From the IMG/VR virus record IMGVR_UViG_3300027917_000032, positions 23,929-87,928 of that record: 64,000 nt of DNA. One strand, written 5' to 3'. Source of the stretch: a virus. A model generated the notes under the pieces. That model saw nothing but the letters and a program-made list of their open reading frames with translations, made no database searches and was not told the origin of the DNA. Positions 8,342 through 17,172 of the stretch are shown piece after piece; within the stretch, counting starts at the first letter, position 1, and each line of letters opens with the position of its first letter. The position numbers and the translations under genes are program-made.

Positions 8342-9645
8342 CCAATCTCCTCCATCATGTCAATCTTGTAACGTCGCGGACCCCGACTCTCGTAGTCGCA
8401 CCGCAACTTAATCGGTAGCCGCCAGGTGATGCCGTACCGCTCGTTGACTCCGTGGAGCAACTGAGTCGGCTCCGTACAGGCAGCGATGGAATTGTAGGCA
8501 TAGGAGTCCGTGGCGACCCACGGGCCGTTGACCAGCAACTCGCCATCCATTTCCGTGATCGACGCCGGTTTATGAAAGTGCCCGCAACAGTAGTAACGAA
8601 TCGGCGGCCCGGCCTGAGCCCTGTTAAGGGCCATGATACGTCGCTGCCGCCGCTCCAGCCCATACCAGGGAATCCCCATCTGCGAACGAACGTCGTCGCC
8701 GTGGAACACGCAGAAGCCGTGCCCTAGAATGTCGATGTTCGCGCTGAAAGCGTTTGGTATAGTGAAGTGGATATTGTCAATATCCCGGCAGTAAAGCTCG
8801 GCGTTCTTCGCCACCATGTAATCCCAGTTGTCATGGGCACCGTGGTAATCCTTCTTAAAGGATCGACGCCCGTGGTTGCCGGGCACATAGAGCACGTTTA
8901 CCGTGTCAAAGTACGGGGCCAAGTCTCGGTACATCAAGGCGTGAAGCTGCCCAATGGCGTAGCAATTCTTGAAAGCGTTTTTGAAGTACGAGCGATTGGT
9001 GTGCCCATGAATCTCACCGCTTGTATGGTCGCCATAAGCGAACACTGTGATGGCCGGAAACTGAAACTGCGGGGCCAGAGTTTGCTGCGTCCACTTTAGC
9101 ACCGTATCGACCAGATTCTCGGCACGACAAATGCTAATAGGAAAATCGTAGCACTCCAGACCGCCACACTCTTCTGGCGTAACGATCTGATCGTGGTGCC
9201 CGTCACTAATATGCAAAGCCAGGTGCTCAATTACCTCGCCCTTCTTCGGCTTCGTGTAAGGCTTCCGCGCCTTCGGCAACGCTTTGAACGGCGTGACAAT
9301 ATCTGTCATTTCCTCAACTACCGCTTGGAACAAGCCTTGCGACTTAACGGCAGTCTTGAGTTGACGACGAGCCAGATTCCGCTCATCCCGCAAGTGGAGC
9401 ACTTCACCCTCAAGCTCAAGGATACGCTCGTTGGTGGGGTCAATCTCCGCTATCTTAGCACGCTGACCCGCAGGCCGCTTGGGCGGGGCCTTTGGACCCT
9501 TTACGTCAGCATGTGCCCGGCCCGTCGCAATATCAGAAACAGTCGAGCGGCTGATCTTAAACTTCTTCGCAATCTGCGGCTGAGTCAGCTTATCTTCAGC
9601 CAGCAGTTGCTTGATCTTCTTCACCTTCGCTTTTGTCAACTTCAT
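8338..9645 (-). CDS. HTH + coiled coil + calcineurin-like metallophosphoesterase
   Basis: HTH TQPQIAKKFKISRSTVSDI; SDGH, GDH, PGNHG, HGD, GHFH motifs; GGAGGT RBS before ATG 9645. Confidence 0.85.
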   Translation of the reverse strand: MKLTKAKVKKIKQLLAEDKLTQPQIAKKFKISRSTVSDIATGRAHADVKGPKAPPKRPAGQRAKIAEIDPTNERILELEGEVLHLRDERNLARRQLKTAVKSQGLFQAVVEEMTDIVTPFKALPKARKPYTKPKKGEVIEHLALHISDGHHDQIVTPEECGGLECYDFPISICRAENLVDTVLKWTQQTLAPQFQFPAITVFAYGDHTSGEIHGHTNRSYFKNAFKNCYAIGQLHALMYRDLAPYFDTVNVLYVPGNHGRRSFKKDYHGAHDNWDYMVAKNAELYCRDIDNIHFTIPNAFSANIDILGHGFCVFHGDDVRSQMGIPWYGLERRQRRIMALNRAQAGPPIRYYCCGHFHKPASITEMDGELLVNGPWVATDSYAYNSIAACTEPTQLLHGVNERYGITWRLPIKLRCDYESRGPRRYKIDMMEEIG

Positions 9646-9658
9646 TGTGAACCTCCGT

Positions 9659-10165
9659 TCAATAGCAATCCTCCAAGCAGTGAACACAAATACCAGCGAG
9701 TTTACGAATCTCATCAAGCGAGTCGTACACCCCGGCAGTATTTGTCCAAGCGTCGATAGCACGTCGCAGATAGGTGTCAAACATAGTCGCGTAGGCAAAT
9801 GGCGTATTCTCAATGCCATCAGTGCGGCTGGACGGCAATACGTCTTGGTATGCACGCTCGCCGTTAATAGCGCAAACAACATCCGGCAGCGTCGCCCGGC
9901 CACGCACAACAATACGCTCACCCACCGGCCCCGCGCCACGCCACACTACGCCATTCTCCATCATGCAGAGACAGCAACAAGTCAGCGTGGCAAACAAATT
10001 TGACAAACTATCGTCAAAGCGACCGCTAGTTAAAGCCGCATCAATCTCTGCCAGCCCACTTTTAAGGCCAACCAGCCAATAGGACACGTTAGGTGCATCA
10101 AGGCCGGAACCGTTATCGTCCTGCGTGATCTTTTCAATGACTTTGTAGATTTCGTTACGGGTCAT
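9659..10165 (-). CDS. putative all-alpha (MazG-like) NTP pyrophosphatase, internally duplicated
   Basis: ERAYQD...DEIRKLAGICVHCLE, with a weaker N-terminal copy ending LTCCCLCMME. Confidence 0.45.
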   Translation of the reverse strand: MTRNEIYKVIEKITQDDNGSGLDAPNVSYWLVGLKSGLAEIDAALTSGRFDDSLSNLFATLTCCCLCMMENGVVWRGAGPVGERIVVRGRATLPDVVCAINGERAYQDVLPSSRTDGIENTPFAYATMFDTYLRRAIDAWTNTAGVYDSLDEIRKLAGICVHCLEDCY

Positions 10166-10491
10166 TCTTGCTCCAAACTGATGAGGTTATTGTCAACGAG
10201 TACATTAGCGACCGCCGTAGCCAGCGTTGTGATAAATGGCTCCTCCATCTTCTCCGACCTGAAAGCCGCGCCAAGCATGGGCGTTCGGTTAAAAATGGCG
10301 TGCAGTACCTCATGGATCGCCGTGTCCAGAACGCCCAATGGTGTTTGCTTTATCGAGACGCGGATAAAGTCGTCTCCGCAAAGTCCGTTCATTTGGCTAT
10401 CCGGGTCGCTCAAATCAACGTCTCTTGGATCAGAGACGAATGTCAAGGCGTAGGGATAACCTTGAACCATTAACTTAGTAGGATACTTCAT
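10162..10491 (-). CDS. HExxH zincin-like protein
   Basis: TAIHEVLHAIF...EE. Confidence 0.7.
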   Translation of the reverse strand: MKYPTKLMVQGYPYALTFVSDPRDVDLSDPDSQMNGLCGDDFIRVSIKQTPLGVLDTAIHEVLHAIFNRTPMLGAAFRSEKMEEPFITTLATAVANVLVDNNLISLEQE

Positions 10492-11549
10492 TTTACCTCC
10501 GCATAGTAGTCAGGGCTAACGGCTTTGAGAATGAGGCGACCACCTAGCACGGGGCTGAACGTCTCCTCCAGCGGCGTAATCACAATCCCCTCGCGGCCCT
10601 TGAAGTCGCAACAAATATTCTCGGGACTGGCGAGCGTGGTTGGGCCACTAATGTACTGGTCAATAAGCTCAGGTCGGAAGGGGCCTTCATAGAGCACCGG
10701 CACAGTCGCAATCTCAAACAGGTCACAGTATGTCTTTATATCCTCCCAGTCAAGGTAATCACCGTCAACTGAAATATCAAAGACCCGGTGCCCCGTAAGA
10801 GGCAGTCCATAATCCATCGACTGAACACGGCTGCCGTAGATTTCACCAAACACAATGACATTCAGCACACCACGACTAATGAACTCCATCATCTGAATCA
10901 TGTTGTCAGTCATCGGGAGCCAATACGGAGAGAAGTCGTGATTTGCGTTCCGCATTTTCACACGGACGTTGTGTGAACCCGCCATACCTACGCCATCAAT
11001 CACACCCACCCGCGAGTTTGAACCGTGAATCTTCTCGGTAATCCGAACCGGCGTGCCCGTTGGCAGCGCAGAGGCGTAGCGATAGTAGTGCTGGATATTG
11101 GTATACTTATGGAACGCCGGATGGTCGGGCTCCGCGTCCGAGCTTCGCATCTTCGGCGGCGGCTGATACTTCTCTGCGCTGAACGCTTCTGATACGTCGT
11201 CACCAACCTTCACGTCGCCCAACGTCACACCCAGCCGCTCGTCAAGAGGCAGGCCGAAACCAAATGACGGCACGCCGCGTAGGCGGATCGCCCCGACTCG
11301 GCACTGAGACTTCTCCGAATCGCCGGGGTAGACCGCGTGCTTCAAGTAATTCTTCACGCCCAACGCATCGGCCACGGACTCTGGGATCATAATGTCAGGC
11401 GGAAAGTACACGCAAGACTGGCCGACATGAAAGCAGTCAAGAGGAGCTACGAGTTGAGTATCAAGCACCTTGACAATCTCCAGACGGTCGGCGTTGGGGT
11501 GCTGCGTCACAGACTTGACAGCAACGATTTCGACAGGGGTTTCACTCAT
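10488..11549 (-). CDS. RNA ligase, DRB0094/Rnl2 family, with N-terminal OB fold
   Basis: HPNADRL N-domain; motif I EKIHGSN, FGEIYG, VFDI, EGIVI, LKAVS. Confidence 0.9.
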   Translation of the reverse strand: MSETPVEIVAVKSVTQHPNADRLEIVKVLDTQLVAPLDCFHVGQSCVYFPPDIMIPESVADALGVKNYLKHAVYPGDSEKSQCRVGAIRLRGVPSFGFGLPLDERLGVTLGDVKVGDDVSEAFSAEKYQPPPKMRSSDAEPDHPAFHKYTNIQHYYRYASALPTGTPVRITEKIHGSNSRVGVIDGVGMAGSHNVRVKMRNANHDFSPYWLPMTDNMIQMMEFISRGVLNVIVFGEIYGSRVQSMDYGLPLTGHRVFDISVDGDYLDWEDIKTYCDLFEIATVPVLYEGPFRPELIDQYISGPTTLASPENICCDFKGREGIVITPLEETFSPVLGGRLILKAVSPDYYAEVK

Positions 11550-11784
11550 TTGCAAACTCCGATGTTTGGTCAAGTAGTCTGAGGGTTATGCCGTTCCGGT
11601 CATGCTTAGCGAGTAGACCCGCAAGCCTCGCGCACTCTTGGAGTGTCTCGGTCAGTTCTTTGACGCGATCCCGCGCATCGTCGCGCTCTATTTCCAGCGT
11701 GTCACGCTCACTCTGAGCATAGAACAACTCGTCATTGAGCAGGCTAACTTCGTTCTGGTATGAGTCGCATTGTTCACAAATCAC
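11542..11784 (-). CDS. coiled-coil protein
   Basis: overlapping ORF with heptad pattern. Confidence 0.65.
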   Translation of the reverse strand: MICEQCDSYQNEVSLLNDELFYAQSERDTLEIERDDARDRVKELTETLQECARLAGLLAKHDRNGITLRLLDQTSEFANE

Positions 11785-13634
11785 ACTAGCTCCCTCGCAA
11801 AGATAGGTTTCGTTCGGTCAATGGTTTCGTGGTTCTCGATGATGTATTCCATCGCCGCCTCAAAGTAATCCGGCTCGTCCGTGTCGAAGATCGCTTTGCG
11901 AATATCGACCGCGAGTAGGCGGGCGGTAACGTCCATCCTGTACGCTGCGTCATTTGTCATGCGGGTGGTAATGTCGAGAAATTCCGACCCGGTGTGAGCA
12001 ATCAACTCTTCCAGCCCTACCCTACGCAGCAAGGCCGATGCCGCCAAGTTGTAAAAGCGGTCGCCCTCCAAGGTGACAACGGGTTTTCCCAGATATAGGG
12101 CTTCTACTACCGTGTTGTACCCGCCGAACGGCCACGAGTTCAATGCAAAATCGGCATATTCCGCTTCTTCCATGTATTCGAGATATTCCTTATCTGCGTG
12201 CAGCGTTGCAAAATCGCCCACCTGATGTGCGATTTCGTTAGCAAATGGTATGAAAGCGTTGTACCGATGAACGCCCCGGCTGGCGAAGATCGCAAAGTGA
12301 ATGTCAGGACAACGACGGTGAAGCTCCTGCAACGTCCGTATCATCGTGTAGTTGTACTTGTCCGGTCCCCAGACGCAGTTTACCACGACCTTATCCGACT
12401 TCTGCTTAGGATACTTCCGCTCAAACGTGGGCCATACTGGCGTGCAGCCGAGCCCTGGCAGAACAATGGGCGTCTCGGAGTAGTTCTTGTCCAGGTCGTC
12501 AATCTTCTCTGTCTCCTCGCCCACAACAAAGTAGTCTATCTCACTGCCGAAGGTACTGACCGGGTGGCCGTAGCTCGTCACCTGAATCGGAGCGAGGCGC
12601 AGGTTGCTGAGCCACACCGATTCGTCTGTCATCCCAATGTCGGGGTAGTAGATCAACTGAAAATCGTTTTCCGTGACCAGACTCAATGGCAACTCGTGTA
12701 CGCCCTTCGCGTCCAGTGTAAACTGCATCTTATGAATCGTATCAAAGTACACCTTCGCGTGTTCGGGGACAGCGTAGGGGCCGGTGTGCAGCAGTGTCAG
12801 CTTGTAGTTTGGTCGAAACCGATCTAGGTACGGGAAGCAACTCTTATAGACTGCCGTGTGCGGCGACCACTTCGACGTGACAATAGCGATGCTGTGCCGA
12901 TCCGGTTTGTTGACAATGTTAATCTCTTGCTTCTGCAAAAACTCACGGCACCCGGCGTTGACTAATTCTTTCACACGCCGGTCAGTCCTATCCTCCCCCG
13001 CAAAGTACGTTGAGTAGAAATAAGGAAGCGTCACCCGCTGATCGAATGGGCGGTAGCGATGATCCATTTCTTGATAGTGTAGCCGCATGTTAGCTTGATA
13101 ATGCGGCAGGACGCAGCCAATGGTGGCAAGCGGATAGGTAAAATGCCAGAGACTAGCCAGGCGAGGATCATGGTCGAAGAGAACCTTCGCATCAATCTTT
13201 GCCATGTTCTTCACGCCGTACAAGAAGAGAATCTTAAAGTAGTTGTCACGCTGGCGTATGACCTGATTGAGAATATCGTCTGTGTCCTGATAACTGGACA
13301 TGGCAACCATATTTGCAAACAAGTGCGCCCGACTAATCATCATCGGAATGTACTCGTTTGGAAACTGAAAGTCAGGGTCACTAAGTACCGCCATAATGGC
13401 CGATACAATCTGGTCGATGCGATGCAGCCCTTCCTGGTTAATTGTCCGAAAGTTGCATTGTTGAAAATAGTACATCACTTCAAGGATGCTTTTGCAAATC
13501 TCCCCATACTGCCCTTTGTAGAGAAGTGTGTAGAGGCGCTTTCGGTCGGTCACTGGTAGATCGGTCTTATTCGGCTGTATCTCAAACGGCGGGCGTTGCT
13601 TCCGTTGCCGCTTCTTCTTACGACGTTTCGGCAT
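11781..13634 (-). CDS. GT41 glycosyltransferase, HMW1C/NGT-like
   Basis: YYPDIGM, RLAPIQVTSYGHPVST, WPFGGYNTVVEALYLGKPVVTL; N-domain AIMAVLSDP...SSYQDTDDIL resembles HMW1C; no TPRs. Confidence 0.85.
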   Translation of the reverse strand: MPKRRKKKRQRKQRPPFEIQPNKTDLPVTDRKRLYTLLYKGQYGEICKSILEVMYYFQQCNFRTINQEGLHRIDQIVSAIMAVLSDPDFQFPNEYIPMMISRAHLFANMVAMSSYQDTDDILNQVIRQRDNYFKILFLYGVKNMAKIDAKVLFDHDPRLASLWHFTYPLATIGCVLPHYQANMRLHYQEMDHRYRPFDQRVTLPYFYSTYFAGEDRTDRRVKELVNAGCREFLQKQEINIVNKPDRHSIAIVTSKWSPHTAVYKSCFPYLDRFRPNYKLTLLHTGPYAVPEHAKVYFDTIHKMQFTLDAKGVHELPLSLVTENDFQLIYYPDIGMTDESVWLSNLRLAPIQVTSYGHPVSTFGSEIDYFVVGEETEKIDDLDKNYSETPIVLPGLGCTPVWPTFERKYPKQKSDKVVVNCVWGPDKYNYTMIRTLQELHRRCPDIHFAIFASRGVHRYNAFIPFANEIAHQVGDFATLHADKEYLEYMEEAEYADFALNSWPFGGYNTVVEALYLGKPVVTLEGDRFYNLAASALLRRVGLEELIAHTGSEFLDITTRMTNDAAYRMDVTARLLAVDIRKAIFDTDEPDYFEAAMEYIIENHETIDRTKPIFARELV

Positions 13635-14799
13635 GGTAATCATCCTCTGTGTATTCTTTGATGCCAAAGGGTTCAACAACATATACCGTTTTCACGCAGG
13701 GGTAGCACTGTTGAATCTCCATCCAAATGTCGGCCGCGCGCCAGCGAGTCGTGATAAGTACCGTCTCGGCTGGGTTCTCGTACAGAGACTCGGCGTGTTC
13801 AATCAATTGCCCCGTGCCGGGAACGTACCGGCCCGCCTTGCGTCGGTCGGAGTCAATAACCCGCCCCTTGGTAATGTGGAACGCATTAAGGAACGCCGCT
13901 CCCTTGCCCGTGCCGCCCCAGAACACCATGTCAGTGTCGATCAACTCCATTAGGAAGTTGACCAAACCACTCGTCCCGTGGTAATCCCAACCCTGGGGGT
14001 AGCCAGGGTAGGCTCGCGGATTTGGCACGCCGGTCCAGATGACTACTTCATCATTGTAGGTGCGGTAGCACTCACGAGTCAACCACCCGCAAGACTCAAA
14101 CATCGTCCGCATACTGCGGAAGGTAAAGTTGCTCACATGCTCGTACAGGAAATCGCCCACGCGGGTTGTCGCCAGAGCCCTGTCAATGCACGGCACTTCC
14201 GCCACGAACACTGGACGAATGTTATTCTGCACGCAGGCCCAGGCCAATTCCGTGATAAACTCCCGTGGTTGCTCCATGTGCTCCAGTACATGACGACACA
14301 CCAGCATGTCAGGCTTGTGCTTGCCCAAGTCCCGCCCAGGGATGAAGTAGTCGGCATACGTCTTTAAGCGTAGCAACTTGCAGTCCCGATGCTCTGGTCC
14401 CGGCTCATAGGCGATAGCTTCAACATCGCACTTCAGCATACAGGTAAGTTTGAGCGTGTGGAGAAACGAACCGTCGCCCGCTCCAATGTCCACCACCGTC
14501 AGATCGTTGTGGATATAGTTGTCCCGCAGCTTCAAAGCAAGCTCGTCAAGGTGACGCTGCCAGCCCCGCCCATTGTTGAACATGAGGTTGGAATCTTCTT
14601 CATACGGGATTTGAGCCACGTCGAAGTCTTTATTGAATACATGCCCGCACTTGACGCAAACGTGGAAGTTCATCGGATACCGCAACGCCCGCTCTGCATC
14701 CTCGCGTGTGCGGGGTAGGTTCAGGGCGGCGAGCGGTTGCGGGCCAGGTTGGTAGAGCGGGTGCGTCAAGTGACACCCGCAGGCAAGACAGTTACTCAT
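13618..14799 (-). CDS. SAM-dependent NDP-sugar C-methyltransferase-like protein
   Basis: Zn site CLAC...CVKCGH, SAM motif VDIGAGDG, RHVLEH, LYEHVSNF, C-terminal FWGGTGKG...GRYVPG. Confidence 0.85.
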   Translation of the reverse strand: MSNCLACGCHLTHPLYQPGPQPLAALNLPRTREDAERALRYPMNFHVCVKCGHVFNKDFDVAQIPYEEDSNLMFNNGRGWQRHLDELALKLRDNYIHNDLTVVDIGAGDGSFLHTLKLTCMLKCDVEAIAYEPGPEHRDCKLLRLKTYADYFIPGRDLGKHKPDMLVCRHVLEHMEQPREFITELAWACVQNNIRPVFVAEVPCIDRALATTRVGDFLYEHVSNFTFRSMRTMFESCGWLTRECYRTYNDEVVIWTGVPNPRAYPGYPQGWDYHGTSGLVNFLMELIDTDMVFWGGTGKGAAFLNAFHITKGRVIDSDRRKAGRYVPGTGQLIEHAESLYENPAETVLITTRWRAADIWMEIQQCYPCVKTVYVVEPFGIKEYTEDDYHAETS

Positions 14800-14907
14800 G
14801 GCCGGAAATCCTTATCTACCACGCACAAACGCGGTATGTAATGAGGGTTAATGTTCAAAGTCTTGCAGACAACATACCACTGCCCTGCATACAGAACATG
14901 GTCGCCT

Positions 14908-15519
14908 TTACGAAGCATTAGCATGTTCGTGTCGTTCCTCCAAAGGTCGGTGCATTAAGCGGGCATAAACCTCATCAATGCTGATAGGTCGCCATCGACC
15001 AATCAACCGATGAATGTTGTCGATACCAACGTCCATCGCTCGCCGGTTGGGCCAGAGGCTATCCAGCTTCTCTTCAAATTTACCGTGACTATGACCGTAC
15101 AGATGGATGCTGCCCTTTTGCATACCACGCCACGACAGCATGGGCTCGTGGCTCATGCGGATACGGATGCGGTCGGTATTACCATGTGCAGTAGCTACGG
15201 TGAAACGCCGGTAAAGCAAGTCGTTCAGGGAGGAGCCGTGCCGACGCAGACTACTCGCATCGTGGTTGCCACGGATAAAGTGTAGTTCGCGCACTTTCAG
15301 CCGCGCCCGGTAGTGACCTGCCCGGCTTGCTTGCCAGCAGAAGTCTCCCAAGTGGTACAAAGTGTCGTTAGGTTGTACCCAATAGTTCACGGCACCGATC
15401 AACATGGCGTCCATGTCGGCCAAGTCGCGGGTTTCTTGGAAACGCGCGTCTTGGTGAACACGGACGCCAGCGTGGCCGAAGTGTAGGTCAGCGGTAAACC
15501 AGATCATGTATTCCTCCAC
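14908..15519 (-). CDS. calcineurin-like metallophosphoesterase
   Basis: ADLHFGH, LGDF, GNHD, SHEP, GHSH. Confidence 0.9.
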   Translation of the reverse strand: MEEYMIWFTADLHFGHAGVRVHQDARFQETRDLADMDAMLIGAVNYWVQPNDTLYHLGDFCWQASRAGHYRARLKVRELHFIRGNHDASSLRRHGSSLNDLLYRRFTVATAHGNTDRIRIRMSHEPMLSWRGMQKGSIHLYGHSHGKFEEKLDSLWPNRRAMDVGIDNIHRLIGRWRPISIDEVYARLMHRPLEERHEHANAS

Positions 15520-15522
15520 CCC

Positions 15523-15551
15523 AGTCTACCATACAAAAGGGCGGTTGTCAA
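15523..15551 (-). promoter_or_regulatory. sigma70-type promoter of the accessory operon
   Basis: TTGACA-17 nt-TAGACT with extended -10 TG. Confidence 0.8.
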
Positions 15552-15582
15552 ATAAATAAGGGAGGGGTGCGACACCCCTCCC
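15550..15582 (-). terminator. intrinsic terminator
   Basis: GGGAGGGGTG-TCG-CACCCCTCCC followed by TTATTTATTT. Confidence 0.8.
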
Positions 15583-15593
15583 AGGTCGCAAGG

Positions 15594-16115
15594 CTATGCT
15601 TCAGGGTCCGTTTCTTCGGGATCAACGAGGGGCTTGATAATAGCCCGCGCCTCGTCCATCAATGTAGCCGTCTTTTCCAAGGAGGGTCGAGCCTGCTCCA
15701 TGAGGCCGACGCCTTCACAGATAAGGGCCGCCCCCTTAAACTGCTGTGAAATACTCCCATCGGCAGTCTCGGCCAACATAGCCCCATAATTCGCCGTTAC
15801 ATGGCCCTGTCCAAACACCTTCCCCGCCACATTGAGGTTTTCGCCCACTTCGTTGACGATTGCACTAAGACGTTCAAGGTCTGCTTCGGAGCAACCAAGT
15901 TCCTCATAAAGAGGCAGATTTTGCGGCAGTGCCATAACGAAGAAAACGGCATCGTTACCAAGCCGCGAAAGCTCACCCCCCACGTCCTGCACGCTCGCCA
16001 TCGCCACATCCACCGCAGTCTCCGCAACTACCTCCACTAGCGGCATGTCCGCATCACACGCGGCGACCGGGCCGCCAATCCCAACACACAAAAGCAGCGT
16101 CAACAGATACTTCAT
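15594..16115 (-). CDS. secreted protein / putative lipoprotein
   Basis: MKYLLTLLLCVGIGGPVAAC signal with lipobox-like VAAC. Confidence 0.6.
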   Translation of the reverse strand: MKYLLTLLLCVGIGGPVAACDADMPLVEVVAETAVDVAMASVQDVGGELSRLGNDAVFFVMALPQNLPLYEELGCSEADLERLSAIVNEVGENLNVAGKVFGQGHVTANYGAMLAETADGSISQQFKGAALICEGVGLMEQARPSLEKTATLMDEARAIIKPLVDPEETDPEA

Positions 16116-16141
16116 CACACTTCTCCCTCGGGTTAAAGAAA

Positions 16142-16369
16142 CTACGTCCACTCGTAATGGTACGTCTTATACACGAAATCGTGAATGTCTCCGACAACGC
16201 TCGGGTTTACACTCTGCCACGGCTGGCCTGCCTGCGACGGCGGCAGTAGTCTAACCCCTTTGTAGAGGGTCTTGCCGCCCTTCAACTGATTTGGACACAC
16301 CTTTGTAATCAAGCCGGTAACACCGTGCTGGCAAACCGCCACGACCCCGACATCTGGTTTAATCGCCAT
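16142..16369 (-). CDS. hypothetical protein
   Basis: AGGAG RBS. Confidence 0.55.
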   Translation of the reverse strand: MAIKPDVGVVAVCQHGVTGLITKVCPNQLKGGKTLYKGVRLLPPSQAGQPWQSVNPSVVGDIHDFVYKTYHYEWT

Positions 16370-16532
16370 CAATGAACTCCTGCGTCTTGTAGTAAACAGA
16401 TGCCACAACACCGGGATCAAGCCCAGCCTCATTAGCACAAGAGAGCAAATTCTGTGCCAACCGCCCGATGAACCGAAGCTCGGCTACGGAGAAATCCACC
16501 AGCGGCGTCTCCGATGGGTAATCGTCAATCAT
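16359..16532 (-). CDS. hypothetical protein
   Basis: GGAGG RBS, ATGA overlap. Confidence 0.55.
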   Translation of the reverse strand: MIDDYPSETPLVDFSVAELRFIGRLAQNLLSCANEAGLDPGVVASVYYKTQEFIDGD

Positions 16533-16936
16533 TCTCCCCTCCACCACTCTAGCCAGGTGCGTCGAACTCTGGGTCCAGGGGTCGGCTCGGGCTCCCGTCG
16601 CCACCGGAACGGGTCGTCGTTCCGCTCGCGGACTTGCCTAATCACGTCATCGAGTTTCCGCAAGACCTTGTAGACAAGGATACGACCCTCTTCAAGCTCG
16701 GAACAAGAAGCAGTCTTGATCGTTGCAGGGTCGTTGCAAATCGTCTCGACGGCGGTGAGTTTCTCCACAATGTCGCCCAAGTACCAACAGGAGAAGTCGT
16801 AGGTGATCTTCAACTTGTCACCCTCACGCACATTCTCGACAGAGGTAAGTGCGGTGACTGCTTCCTTATTACGGAGGTAGGCGTCGTAGTCCAACTCCAT
16901 CTTAATCTTAACGTTCTCAATGCGTGTGGGGTTCAT
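16529..16936 (-). CDS. hypothetical protein
   Basis: ATGA overlaps. Confidence 0.6.
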   Translation of the reverse strand: MNPTRIENVKIKMELDYDAYLRNKEAVTALTSVENVREGDKLKITYDFSCWYLGDIVEKLTAVETICNDPATIKTASCSELEEGRILVYKVLRKLDDVIRQVRERNDDPFRWRREPEPTPGPRVRRTWLEWWRGE

Positions 16937-17172
16937 GCTTCGATCTGCTCCTGCAACGCTCGGCACGTTGGCACAATAGCCTTGTGAAGAATATCCATTT
17001 CGTAAGACGTGCAATCATACTCAATTGCCGCCATAACAAACTCGCCGTCCGTATCCTCCACCTTAACAACGCAGCGATTCTTCGTCGGGTCATCTGGGTT
17101 GCACGCAAAACTCATGGTCCCGTTGTTACGGGCCAAAAAGTTGAAACACTGATACAAGGTCGCACAAGACAT
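16933..17172 (-). CDS. hypothetical protein
   Basis: abuts helicase stop, GGAGGAG RBS. Confidence 0.65.
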   Translation of the reverse strand: MSCATLYQCFNFLARNNGTMSFACNPDDPTKNRCVVKVEDTDGEFVMAAIEYDCTSYEMDILHKAIVPTCRALQEQIEA

